The notes beneath the pieces are model-generated. The model was not told the DNA's origin, did not search any database, and saw only the letters and a list, made by a program, of their open reading frames with translations. From an uncultured Chloroflexia bacterium (GTDB lineage: Bacteria > Chloroflexota > Limnocylindria > Limnocylindrales > CSP1-4): a DNA stretch of 64,000 bases. Below, piece after piece: positions 46,174-54,915 of the stretch; position 1 is the first letter of the stretch; each line of letters opens with the position of its first letter. A program made the position numbers and the translations under genes. The stretch lies in contig CAVSXG010000002.1 of the NCBI GenBank assembly GCA_963731865.1, positions 1,898,692-1,962,691 of the forward strand, given 5' to 3'.

Positions 46174-46973
46174 CAGAGCGCGGTGTCTGGCCCGACGAAT
46201 TCGACGAGACGACCGTCGACGAGTTCGAACACCCGGCGGTCAACCGGCTCGTCCGCGCCACCGGACTGCTCGATGACGAAGTCGGCGAACAGCGCAGCGA
46301 ATTCCTCGTCCCCCGGGCTCAGTGAGCCGGCCGTCAGCAGGTGCCGTTCCGGGATCCCGACGAGGATGCGGCCAGACCCGGCGAGTTCGGTCGCCAGTCG
46401 CTGGATCGTCTCGGGCAAGAGGATGCGCGCGGCGTCCCAGCCCTCACCGGTCTGCGAGCTGACCAACCGTCGCGCTCCCGACTCCTCCACGACCCAGGCC
46501 GCGCCGTTCGACCACGTCGCCAGGTTCCCGATGGCCGCGTCCTGGACGTCCGACGGCTCGACGCCCCACGACAGGAGGTGGTCGCCATTGACCACGATGT
46601 CGTAGCCCCCGGCATCCATCGTGTACACGACGGGGAGACCCGCCACCCCCTGATCCAGGAGCGGCTGGGCGTGGCTCTGGCCGCTGTGGCCCGCCAGGGC
46701 GTCGCGGTTGAACGACTCCACGGCCAGGCCCTGCGTGCCGACCGGTCGGAACGCCGGGAAAACGAGCGCTCGCGCGGTCTCCCAGTCGTGCTCGGGTGAC
46801 TCGGCGATCGAGACCGACGATTCCGGGGGCGGCACGTGGCCGCTCACGGGCGCAGTGGCGTCAATCGGCGCCAGGTAGTCGGGCGGCGTGTCGCGGATCG
46901 TCGACGGTGGGGCTTCACCGAGGTCGCGTTCGAGGTCACGACCGATGTCACTGCCGCCCTGTTCCATCTCCAT
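46173..46973 (-). CDS. Hypothetical protein (266 aa) embedded in the crotonase operon.
   Basis: GAAGGAG RBS, then MEMEQGGSDIGRDLERDLGE... Its stop shares one base with the downstream start (TGATG at 46173). The ORF-track entry extends to 48047, but that N-terminal part overlaps the next gene in another frame. Confidence 0.6.
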   Translation of the reverse strand: MEMEQGGSDIGRDLERDLGEAPPSTIRDTPPDYLAPIDATAPVSGHVPPPESSVSIAESPEHDWETARALVFPAFRPVGTQGLAVESFNRDALAGHSGQSHAQPLLDQGVAGLPVVYTMDAGGYDIVVNGDHLLSWGVEPSDVQDAAIGNLATWSNGAAWVVEESGARRLVSSQTGEGWDAARILLPETIQRLATELAGSGRILVGIPERHLLTAGSLSPGDEEFAALFADFVIEQSGGADEPVDRRVFELVDGRLVEFVGPDTAL

Positions 46974-46999
46974 GCCTGCTCCTTCTCGATCCCGCGGGG

Positions 47000-47866
47000 T
47001 CATTGACCCGACCAGGTCGGCGGGCGTTTCTCTGTGAATGCGGCCATGCCTTCGGACTGGTCCGCAGTGTCGAACAACGCGAAGAACGCGTCCCGCTCGC
47101 CGGCCAGTCCGTCGCGAAGTGACTGCTCCTGCGATGCCAGGACGGCGGCCTTGGCCGCCCGAATGGCGATTGGTGGCATTGCCGCGATCCGGGCCGCGAG
47201 CTCGAGTGCAACATCGACCGTTGCCTCGGCTGGGACGACCCGGGTGACGAGGCCAAGCGCTTCGGCTTGCGCGGCGCCGATCGATTCCCCGGTCAGGATC
47301 ATGGCCATGGCCCGCGCCTTGCCGATAGCGCGGGTCAGCCGTTGCGTACCCCCTGCGCCCGGCATGACGCCAAGGCGGATCTCGGGCTGGCCAAACGTCG
47401 CGTCTTCCGCGGCCACGATCATGTCGCAGGTCATTGCCAGCTCGCAGCCGCCGCCGAGCGCCACCCCGCGAACGGCTGCGATCGTCGGCAGGCCGATCGC
47501 CGCCAGGCGGTCCCAGACCTCGAACCGGCGTTCCGCGCCGAGCGAAGCCGAGCTCTGTGCGGCGAGCTCGCGGATGTCGGCTCCGGCGGCGAACGCCCGG
47601 GATCCGGCGCCCGTGATCACGATGGCGCGACAGGTGGGATCGCGATCCAGTGCCTCGAGGGCGTCGGCGAGCTCGTCGAGGAGGTCGAAGCTCAGGGCGT
47701 TGAGCGCGCCGGGTCGATCGATCGTGACGAGCGCCACGCCGGCCAACGGCGCAGCCGAACCCGTGGAGGCACGGGGCGGCGCCGGGAAGGCGACTCGGAT
47801 GTCCATCGCCTCGCGCCGGGGCTGATCGCCGGGGCGGGGTTCGCGCGGCGGGGCGGCCATCGTCAC
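47000..47866 (-). CDS. Enoyl-CoA hydratase (crotonase).
   Basis: ...VTIDRPGALNALS...IVITGAGSRAFAAGADIRE...LPTIAAVRGVALGGGCELAMTCDMIVAAEDATFGQPEIRLGVMPGAGGTQRL. GTGA overlap with the upstream EthD stop. Confidence 0.85.
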   Translation of the reverse strand: MTMAAPPREPRPGDQPRREAMDIRVAFPAPPRASTGSAAPLAGVALVTIDRPGALNALSFDLLDELADALEALDRDPTCRAIVITGAGSRAFAAGADIRELAAQSSASLGAERRFEVWDRLAAIGLPTIAAVRGVALGGGCELAMTCDMIVAAEDATFGQPEIRLGVMPGAGGTQRLTRAIGKARAMAMILTGESIGAAQAEALGLVTRVVPAEATVDVALELAARIAAMPPIAIRAAKAAVLASQEQSLRDGLAGERDAFFALFDTADQSEGMAAFTEKRPPTWSGQ

Positions 47867-48240
47867 GTAGGTCCCTCGGTGGTGTTCCCGACAGTATCCA
47901 TGGGCGGGGAAGCCGCGGCGTCAAGTTCCGGCGCGTCCTCGACGACCAGGAATGTCGCGAGCCCAGGTGCGATCTCGCGAAGGTTGCGCCCCGCTGCGCG
48001 CATCGGGTCCGAGGCGAGCCCGGCGTCGAGACTCGCGCGATCGTCAAACCGCATCGAGGTCACCAGGACCAGGTCCGTCTCGCCGCCGAGCGCCTCGACG
48101 ACACGCTGAACGTGTGTTTCGCGGAGACCCGGCGTGGCTGCCACCAGGGGCAGGTGCTCGGTGGCGTAACGGTGTTCGAAGGTCTCCTGGGCGGCCGGCC
48201 CGCCTTCGGGTCGTCGGTAGAGGACGAGCAGCGTGGTCAT
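47863..48240 (-). CDS. EthD-family protein.
   Basis: Start refined to MTTLLVLYRRPEGGPAAQETFEHRYATEHLPLVAATPGLRE... About 125 aa. ATGA overlap with the upstream hydrolase stop. Confidence 0.7.
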   Translation of the reverse strand: MTTLLVLYRRPEGGPAAQETFEHRYATEHLPLVAATPGLRETHVQRVVEALGGETDLVLVTSMRFDDRASLDAGLASDPMRAAGRNLREIAPGLATFLVVEDAPELDAAASPPMDTVGNTTEGPT

Positions 48241-49037
48241 CGGGACACCTCCGGCTGTCGTTCGGTCCGCTCGCGGGCGACCGACTCGGTTGAACGATAG
48301 AAGCCGCCGAGCGCCTCGTTGACGAGGGCCGGGCGTTCGGACAGCACCTCGTGCCCGCAGTCCGGCACGACGAGCAGGCGACCATCCTGGACCTGGCGCG
48401 CGAGACGCCAAGCCTGGCCGACGGGTGTCATCGGGTCGCGATCACCGCAGATGACGAGCGTCGGGGCCGTGATGCCATGGAGCTCTCTCGCGCTGAGCAG
48501 CGGCTGGACGGCGACGTCCGCCGCGATGGCGGGCAGCAGCCGGCGCCACGTGCCGAGGCCCTGTTCGTCATCCTGTCGGCGGGCGACCTGCGCTGCCCAG
48601 GCGGGCTCGTCGCGTTCGATCCGTTCGGGATCCAGCAGGCGCCTGGCCACGCTTGCCCGGGGTTCGCGCTCGGGGGTGATCGAGGCCACGACCAGGGTGC
48701 GGAGCCGATCGGGGTGGCGCGCCGCGAAGCCGAGCGCGGTCATCGCGCCCATCGAGAACCCGGCGAGGTGGAGCGTGTCCAGTCCGAGCGCATCGACGAA
48801 TGCCTCGAGATCGTCCGCGAGCCACTCGGCCCGGAACCCGTCAGCCGGGTCCCAGCGAGTGGCGCCATGGCCACGGGCATCGGGGAGATGGAGCCGGAAC
48901 GCGGAGGCGAGCGACGGGATCTCGGCGGCGTAATCGACCCGGGCAGACGAGCTCGCGCCGTGGAGCAGGACGAGCGGCGGGCCTGCCCCGAGCTGCTCGT
49001 ACCCGATCTCGAGGCCGTTGCCCAGGATCGTTGGCAT
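48237..49037 (-). CDS. Alpha/beta-fold hydrolase.
   Basis: PPLVLLHGASSS..., nucleophile elbow LAGFSMGAM, C-terminal ...VVPDCGHEV. 266 aa. Confidence 0.85.
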   Translation of the reverse strand: MPTILGNGLEIGYEQLGAGPPLVLLHGASSSARVDYAAEIPSLASAFRLHLPDARGHGATRWDPADGFRAEWLADDLEAFVDALGLDTLHLAGFSMGAMTALGFAARHPDRLRTLVVASITPEREPRASVARRLLDPERIERDEPAWAAQVARRQDDEQGLGTWRRLLPAIAADVAVQPLLSARELHGITAPTLVICGDRDPMTPVGQAWRLARQVQDGRLLVVPDCGHEVLSERPALVNEALGGFYRSTESVARERTERQPEVSR

Positions 49038-49105
49038 GGATCCGATCCTACCGCGGCTGACCTCCCGGCCCCGGCGCCGGGATGCCGGGCAACTACAATC
49101 GGCGC

Positions 49106-50518
49106 ATGACCGACGCCTCCAGGCCCGCGACCCGGATCGAACGCGATTCGATGGGCGAGATGGAGGTTCCCGCCGACGCGCTGTACGGTGCCTCGACGCA
49201 GCGCGCGGTCCTGAATTTCCCGATCTCCGGGCAACGGTTCCCGAGGCGGTTCATCCGGGCCCTCGCCCTGATCAAGAGTGCCGCAGCCGAGACGAATGGC
49301 GCCCTCGGCCTGATCGATCCCGCCGTGGCCGGCGCGATCAGCGCAGCGGCCACGGAGGTCGCCGACGGTGGTCGGGACGACCAGTTCCCGATCGACATCT
49401 TTCAGACAGGCTCGGGCACGTCGACCAACACGAACATGAACGAGGTCGTGGCGCACCTGGCGGCGACCCGGCTCGGAGGCGGCCGCAAGGTCCACCCAAA
49501 CGACGACGTCAACCGCTGCCAGAGCTCCAACGACGTCATCCCGACCGCGCTCCAGCTGTCGGCCGCCATGGCCATCGAGGAGGACCTCATCCCGGCGCTC
49601 GAGCGACTGCACACGGCGCTCGTGGCCAAGGAACGCGAGCTCTGGCCCGTGGTCAAGACGGGGCGGACGCACCTCCAGGACGCCACCCCGATCCGGCTCG
49701 GACAGGAGTTCCGCGGCTACGCCGGACAAGTCGAGGAGTCGCTCAGGCGGGCGCGTGCGGCCCAGGCCGAGCTGCTCGTCGTGCCGCTCGGTGGGACTGC
49801 GGTGGGGACCGGGATCAACGCCCATCCCGAGTACGCGTTGCGGACCTGCGCGAGGCTCTCGACGCTGACGGGCCTGGCCGTGCGCGAGTCGACCAACCAT
49901 TTCCATGCCCAGGCCACGCTCGACGTGGCGATCGCCGCGCACGGTGCCATCCGGACGATCGCCCTGAGCCTCTGGAAGATCGCCTCGGATGTCCGGTCTG
50001 ATGGGCATGGGACCCCGTGCGGGCTGGCCGAGCTGGCACTGCCGGAGACGCAGCCGGGCTCCAGCATCATGCCCGGCAAGGTGAACCCGGTCATCGTCGA
50101 GAGCCTCACCATGGTCGTGGCCCGCGTCGTCGGGAATGACGCGACGATCGCGTTTGGCCAGACGGGCAGCCTGCTCGAGCTCAACGTGATGTTGCCCGTG
50201 ACGGCGGCCGCGATGCTCGAGTCGATCTCGTTGCTGGGTGCGGCGGCCACCAACTTCAGCGCCCGCTGCATCGAAGGCGTGACCGCCACAGACCGCGGGC
50301 CGCAGCTCGTCGAGCAGGGGTTGATGCTTGCGACGGCCCTGACGCCACTCATCGGCTATGACGACGCGGCCAAGCTCGCCAAGGACGCGCTCAAGTCTGG
50401 TCGGACGATCCGCGAGCTCGCGCTCGAGCGCGGCCTCGATCCGGGTGAGCTGGACCGGTTGCTCGACCCGGCGGCCATGACCGAACCGGGCGTCGAGACC
50501 GGCGGGTCCGGAGGCTAA
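49106..50518 (+). CDS. fumC: Class II fumarate hydratase.
   Basis: MTDASRPATRIERDSMGEMEVPADALYGASTQRA...; TGSGTSTNMN; GSSIMPGKVNP signature. A 7-codon patch (about 49997-50018) looks like a compensated double indel. Confidence 0.9.
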   Translation: MTDASRPATRIERDSMGEMEVPADALYGASTQRAVLNFPISGQRFPRRFIRALALIKSAAAETNGALGLIDPAVAGAISAAATEVADGGRDDQFPIDIFQTGSGTSTNTNMNEVVAHLAATRLGGGRKVHPNDDVNRCQSSNDVIPTALQLSAAMAIEEDLIPALERLHTALVAKERELWPVVKTGRTHLQDATPIRLGQEFRGYAGQVEESLRRARAAQAELLVVPLGGTAVGTGINAHPEYALRTCARLSTLTGLAVRESTNHFHAQATLDVAIAAHGAIRTIALSLWKIASDVRSDGHGTPCGLAELALPETQPGSSIMPGKVNPVIVESLTMVVARVVGNDATIAFGQTGSLLELNVMLPVTAAAMLESISLLGAAATNFSARCIEGVTATDRGPQLVEQGLMLATALTPLIGYDDAAKLAKDALKSGRTIRELALERGLDPGELDRLLDPAAMTEPGVETGGSGG

Positions 50519-51208
50519 CCCGGCCCCGGCCGTAGGCCGCCGTCGGCGGCAGACTCGATTCGAGCCCCCCGATCAAGCCAGAGGGCGATTCCGACCCCGG
50601 TCCAGGCCGCACCGAACGCCGGCCACGTCAGCGTCGACGGAACAAGCAAGGCGATCGGGCCTGCGAGCAGGAGCAGTCCGATCGGCTCGATGCGGTCGCG
50701 CACCAGGACAAATCCGGTGGCGATCGTGCCAACGATTGCGATGGACTGCGCCGCCCCGAGCGCCGGTCCGCTGACCCAACCCGCCAGGGTGCCAAGAAGC
50801 AGTGCGATCCAGGTCAGGTGCCCGACGACAAGCATGGCGCCAGCGACCCATACCGATCGGATTCTCCCTTCCTCGGCACGAAGGAGGCAGGCAAGCCCGG
50901 CCACCAGGAAAGCACGCGGCAGCAGCGACCGCGAGGGGCACGACATCGAGGAGATAGCCCGGCCAGTCGGCCGGCACGGGCTGCACGAGCACGCCGACGG
51001 ACAGGACCGTCCACAGGCCGCCGCCGAGCAACGCCGCCCCGATCGGAACGAGCGAGGGACTCGCCGGGTGGAGCCACGCATCGAGCGCGCCACGGACAAG
51101 GTCGACCCGATCGCGAGCCCGGAGCGGGCGCTCCTCGAGCAGCGACGCCATCTCGTCGCCGTATCGCGCCCGCCAGGCGGGTGGATAGAGCTTGAGCAAT
51201 GCGCTCAT
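50515..51208 (-). pseudogene. Membrane protein of the kind that follows PadR regulators. One frameshift near 50900 as sequenced.
   Basis: MSALLKLYPPAWRARYGDEMASLLEERPLRARDRVDLVRGALDAWL... then TM segments. The C-terminal half is in the frame of ORF 50515..51099. ATGA overlap with the Rieske stop. Confidence 0.5.
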
Positions 51209-51873
51209 GTGCATCCGTTCGCGACGCGCGGCGGGATCAGCCCCGGCTGCCCCAACGCAACGGGCAGCGGGCCTAGCGTGATCGTCGCCGTGTCGATGGT
51301 CAAGACGCCGTCGCCTCCGACCTCGATCGACATGCGGTCCATGCCGCGTGGCGCCGGTCCAAAGAGCGTCCCCGCCGGCTTGATCCCGAGTCGGTCGTAC
51401 CGCGACTGGTGGCACGGACAACGGAAATAGAAGTCTTCGAGGCATGGGTTCGGGCGGCATCCGAGGTGCGGGCAGACCTGCGACAGGGCACGAACATTCA
51501 ACGCCGTCCCTTCACCGGTCAGGTCGGCACCGGGCTGCCAGCCACCGCGCCCGGGTTCGACGAGCATCACGAACGCCCGAGCATCCGCCACGTAGGCGGG
51601 AAAGCCATCTAGGATCGGCAACCCCGGGTTCGCGGCGATCAACTCGGGCAACGTGCCGACCCGAACGCGCGGGCTCACGCCACTCACGGCGGACCAGGCG
51701 AAGGCGATGGTCCCGCCGATCGCCTCCAGCATCGTGAGACCGACACCGGCAGCGAGCGCGCGCCGCAGGAGCGCGCGGCGCGACAGCCCCTCGACCTGGG
51801 CCGCTCGCCTGGCGCGCAGGCTCGGTCCGGTCAGCGCCGCGATTGGCACGTGAGGCTTGGCGTCGTTGGTCAT
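51205..51873 (-). CDS. Rieske [2Fe-2S] domain protein with a Tat-type signal.
   Basis: SRRALLRRALAAGVGLTML (twin-Arg) and CPHLGC...CPCHQS Rieske ligands. 222 aa. Confidence 0.8.
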   Translation of the reverse strand: MTNDAKPHVPIAALTGPSLRARRAAQVEGLSRRALLRRALAAGVGLTMLEAIGGTIAFAWSAVSGVSPRVRVGTLPELIAANPGLPILDGFPAYVADARAFVMLVEPGRGGWQPGADLTGEGTALNVRALSQVCPHLGCRPNPCLEDFYFRCPCHQSRYDRLGIKPAGTLFGPAPRGMDRMSIEVGGDGVLTIDTATITLGPLPVALGQPGLIPPRVANGCT

Positions 51874-51887
51874 GGTCGGCTGGCCGG

Positions 51888-52262
51888 CTACGTGCCACGC
51901 CGAGGCGCGACGGGTTTGGTCGCATCGCCGAGGCGCCGCAGACCGGTCCGCGCAAACCCCTCGATGCCGTCGAGCTGTGCCCGAAGCGTGGCGGTGCCGA
52001 GACCGGTCAGCTGGTACGGGCGGCGCCGGTCCTCCGGCTCCAGGGCCTCGATCAGGCCCCGACGCTCGAGCCGCGCCAGCGCGCCATAGAGCGTGCCCGG
52101 TCCGAGGGGCACACCGGACATCTCCTCGACGTCGGTCATGATCGCGTAGCCGTGCCGCGGACCGTCGCTGAGCGATACCAGGATGTACAGGGATGGCTCA
52201 GCGAACCGACCTAGGTCGGACGTTCTCCCGTCGGACGGGTCCCGGCGCATGCCATCTCCCAT
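51888..52262 (-). CDS. PadR-family transcriptional regulator.
   Basis: ...SLYILVSLSDGPRHGYAIMTDVEEMSGVPLGPGTLYGALARLERRGLIEALE... The start is uncertain: candidates are GTG 52274, ATG 52262 and ATG 52250. Confidence 0.85.
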   Translation of the reverse strand: MGDGMRRDPSDGRTSDLGRFAEPSLYILVSLSDGPRHGYAIMTDVEEMSGVPLGPGTLYGALARLERRGLIEALEPEDRRRPYQLTGLGTATLRAQLDGIEGFARTGLRRLGDATKPVAPRRGT

Positions 52263-52271
52263 GTAGCGTGT

Positions 52272-52285
52272 CACGATATATCGTG
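52272..52285. promoter_or_regulatory. AT-rich perfect 14-bp palindrome CACGATATATCGTG, followed by a related half-site (CATCGATATATAGTCGTG). Candidate PadR operator/promoter.
   Basis: Read directly. It is the most AT-rich spot of the region and lies between padR (-) and the divergent gene at 52344 (+). A TACAAT -10-like box sits at 52330-52335. Confidence 0.45.
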
Positions 52286-52343
52286 CATCGATATATAGTC
52301 GTGTCCTCGCGCCGTGTCAAGGGGCTAGGTACAATCCGGCGCG

Positions 52344-53126
52344 ATGACCCAGACCGCCCGCTGGCACCGTGCGCTCGTGCCCGCCGTCTCGGCAGACGAG
52401 CGGCGGCTTCCGGTCGTCGCCGCATTGCCGGCGACGTTGCCGACGCCGTGGGAGCTGTTCGAGTTCATGCGCGACGCAGAACTCCGGTTCGGGACGCTAC
52501 GGATGCGCATCGTGGAACGCGCCCAGACAGCCCGCGGCGAAGAAACGACCCGGATCGATGTGGTGATCCGGCACACCGGTCAGTCGAAGGTGACGACGAC
52601 GCGCGAGGGTGCCGCCGCGAAGGCCGACTACGAGATCTGGATCTCCGACGGCGACCTGGTTCGCACCTATGCCTCCGCGCACAAGCTGGGCACGCAGCGG
52701 CCCATCCGCAACCGTCCGCGGGGGCTCCACGACCGCGACTTTCCCGGACGCTCCCAGGTCTATGAGCCGCTCACCGGCCTGCCCATGGAAACGCTACCGG
52801 AGACGTTCGTCCACCCCGCCGGGTTCTGCCAGAACGTCCTGGGGACCGGGCGGTGCTGGGTAACGGGATCCGCGCTCGTGAGCGGGCGGGAAGCCGTGCT
52901 CCTCGAGTGCGATCACCCGCGAACTACCGAATCGGTCGCGGATCGACCCGACTATCACCTCTCGATCGCTGTGGACCGCGAGACCGGCGTCATCCTTCGC
53001 TTCACCGAATCGATCGGCGGGATCGAGACCCGCCACGCGGACGTCGTCGACTTCGCGCCGGACGCACCGCTTCCACCGACCGCGCTCCAGTTCGTCTTTC
53101 CCACCGGGACAACGATGCTCTACTGA
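52344..53126 (+). CDS. Hypothetical protein (260 aa), family not recognised.
   Basis: Clean ORF with globular composition. The TACAAT box 8 nt upstream of the ATG suggests a leaderless or very short-leader mRNA. Confidence 0.6.
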   Translation: MTQTARWHRALVPAVSADERRLPVVAALPATLPTPWELFEFMRDAELRFGTLRMRIVERAQTARGEETTRIDVVIRHTGQSKVTTTREGAAAKADYEIWISDGDLVRTYASAHKLGTQRPIRNRPRGLHDRDFPGRSQVYEPLTGLPMETLPETFVHPAGFCQNVLGTGRCWVTGSALVSGREAVLLECDHPRTTESVADRPDYHLSIAVDRETGVILRFTESIGGIETRHADVVDFAPDAPLPPTALQFVFPTGTTMLY

Positions 53127-53189
53127 ACGCGATGAAGCCCGGCGAACGGCTCGCCGGGCTCCGTTTCGCGAGGACGGGTTGACGCGCGA

Positions 53190-54719
53190 TCAGCCCGCTA
53201 GCTCGAGATCTCGTTCGATAGCGGCCAGCTCTTCGGCCGAGCCTTGGACCTTGGGCCCCTTGAACCAGTTCCTGGCCGAGAGCAGCCACCAGCCGCCGGC
53301 AAACAGGATCACCGCGCCAACGGCGACCGGGGCGTAGTTGAACGTGTCGGTCCGGACCGGCGCGACTTGCGGGAGCATGAACAGGATCGCGATGAACACC
53401 ACCCAGATCGTGGCGACGATCCCGATCGGTCGGCTCCAGCGGCCCAGGTTCCACGGCCCTGCCTGGAAGGAATCGCCCGCGCGCAAGCGCAGGAAGACGG
53501 GCGTGATGTACGCGATGTACAGGCCGATCACCGCAATAGACGTCACGGCGGCATACGCCACGGCGTTGAACAGATAGGGCAGGCCGAGGATGAACGCGCC
53601 GACGGCCGCCAGCCAGATCGAGTTCGTCGGGGTGCGGGTCTTGGGGTTGATCCGGTGCCAGAACGAGCTGCCCGGGATCGCGCCGTCACGTGAGAACGCA
53701 TAGATCATCCGGGAGTTGGCGGTCACGGACGACATGCCGCAGTAGAACTGGGCCCCGATGACTGCGAGAAGGATGAACAGTCCGCCCGTCTGCCCGAGGG
53801 CATCGATCCAGATCTGGGCTGGCGGGACCAGTGCGCCGAGCGCCCGGTCGTATCCGCCGTTCGGGTCGATCCCGTAGTTCATGGCGACGAGCAGGATGAA
53901 CCCGGCGATGACCGAGATGACGACCGAGTACACGATTCCTCGTGGCGCGGACTTCGAGGCGTCGTGCGTCTCCTCTGACATATGGGCGGACGCGTCATAG
54001 CCCGTGAGGGTGTATTGCGCGTTGAGCAGGCCGATGAGCGCAACGTACAGGACGGGCAAGACAGCAACTGCCGGGTCGACGCTCGTTCGGTTGACGAAGC
54101 TGGTGAACACCGTCCCGAGGTCCGTGTGGTGCGGCGAAATGAAGAACATCGCGATGAAGATGATCCCCACCGTGATCACGTGCCACCAAACTGAGACGTC
54201 GTTGAGCAATGCCACCAAGCGGATGCCAAATGTGTTCAAGAGGGCATGGAGGAAGAGCACGACGCCGAAAATGGCGATCGTGTACGGCGGATCGGTGGGC
54301 ACACCAAAAGCGATGTTCAAGAACGCGTTGACAAAGAACGCAAGCCCGAAGTCGATCCCGGCGGTAACCGCGACCTGCCCGAGCAGGTTGAACCAGCCCG
54401 TGAACCACGACCATGCCGGGGCGTTGTTCTTGGCCAGCTTGGCCGACCAGTAGTAGAGCCCGCCGGCCGTTGGGTAGCTCGAGGCGACCTCGGCCATGCC
54501 GAGGGCGACGAGGGTCACGAAGAAGCCGACGACAAGCCAGCCCCAGACCATTTCCGCCGGACCGCCGGTCTTCATGCCGAAGGCGAAGAGCGTGAGGCAC
54601 CCCGACAGGATCGAGATGATCGTGAAGGAAACCGCAAAGTTGGAGAAGGTCTTCATCCCTCTCCGCAGCTCCTGGGCATAGCCGAGTTGGTGCAGCTGTT
54701 CGGTGTCGCTGGATGCCAC
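53190..54719 (-). CDS. Amino acid/polyamine permease (APC superfamily).
   Basis: 509 aa with about 12 TM segments. N-terminal LGYAQELRRGMKTFSNFAVSFTIISILSG... is typical of APC transporters. Confidence 0.9.
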   Translation of the reverse strand: MASSDTEQLHQLGYAQELRRGMKTFSNFAVSFTIISILSGCLTLFAFGMKTGGPAEMVWGWLVVGFFVTLVALGMAEVASSYPTAGGLYYWSAKLAKNNAPAWSWFTGWFNLLGQVAVTAGIDFGLAFFVNAFLNIAFGVPTDPPYTIAIFGVVLFLHALLNTFGIRLVALLNDVSVWWHVITVGIIFIAMFFISPHHTDLGTVFTSFVNRTSVDPAVAVLPVLYVALIGLLNAQYTLTGYDASAHMSEETHDASKSAPRGIVYSVVISVIAGFILLVAMNYGIDPNGGYDRALGALVPPAQIWIDALGQTGGLFILLAVIGAQFYCGMSSVTANSRMIYAFSRDGAIPGSSFWHRINPKTRTPTNSIWLAAVGAFILGLPYLFNAVAYAAVTSIAVIGLYIAYITPVFLRLRAGDSFQAGPWNLGRWSRPIGIVATIWVVFIAILFMLPQVAPVRTDTFNYAPVAVGAVILFAGGWWLLSARNWFKGPKVQGSAEELAAIERDLELAG

Positions 54720-54915
54720 GTCGCTCCTCCATGGATCGCTTCGACCACAATGCCGTGCCGCGCGGACCAGGGGACGCGGAGAACTCGGATCGCGCGACCC
54801 CTCGTGGTCGCGGCGGATCCGCCCTTCCGTTGAGCTCCCTCGCGCGCAACGATAGGTGCCGTCGAGGCAGTGTCAAGATGGATGTCGTCAGGGGAGACGC
54901 AGGAGGGCGGGAACG

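Noticed and set aside
46974-48047. The N-terminal 358 codons of ORF 46173..48047.
   Set aside because: This part is R/G/P-rich and overlaps, out of frame on the same strand, the crotonase (47000-47866) and EthD genes. A strong GAAGGAG RBS and an ATG at 46973 mark the real start of the 266-aa protein.
54720-54915. A possible riboswitch or leader in the 196-bp divergent region between the APC permease and the SDR/GlnA-like genes.
   Set aside because: I could not match it to glycine, lysine, TPP, glutamine, guanidine or other riboswitch cores by eye. An Rfam scan would be needed, so no claim is made.
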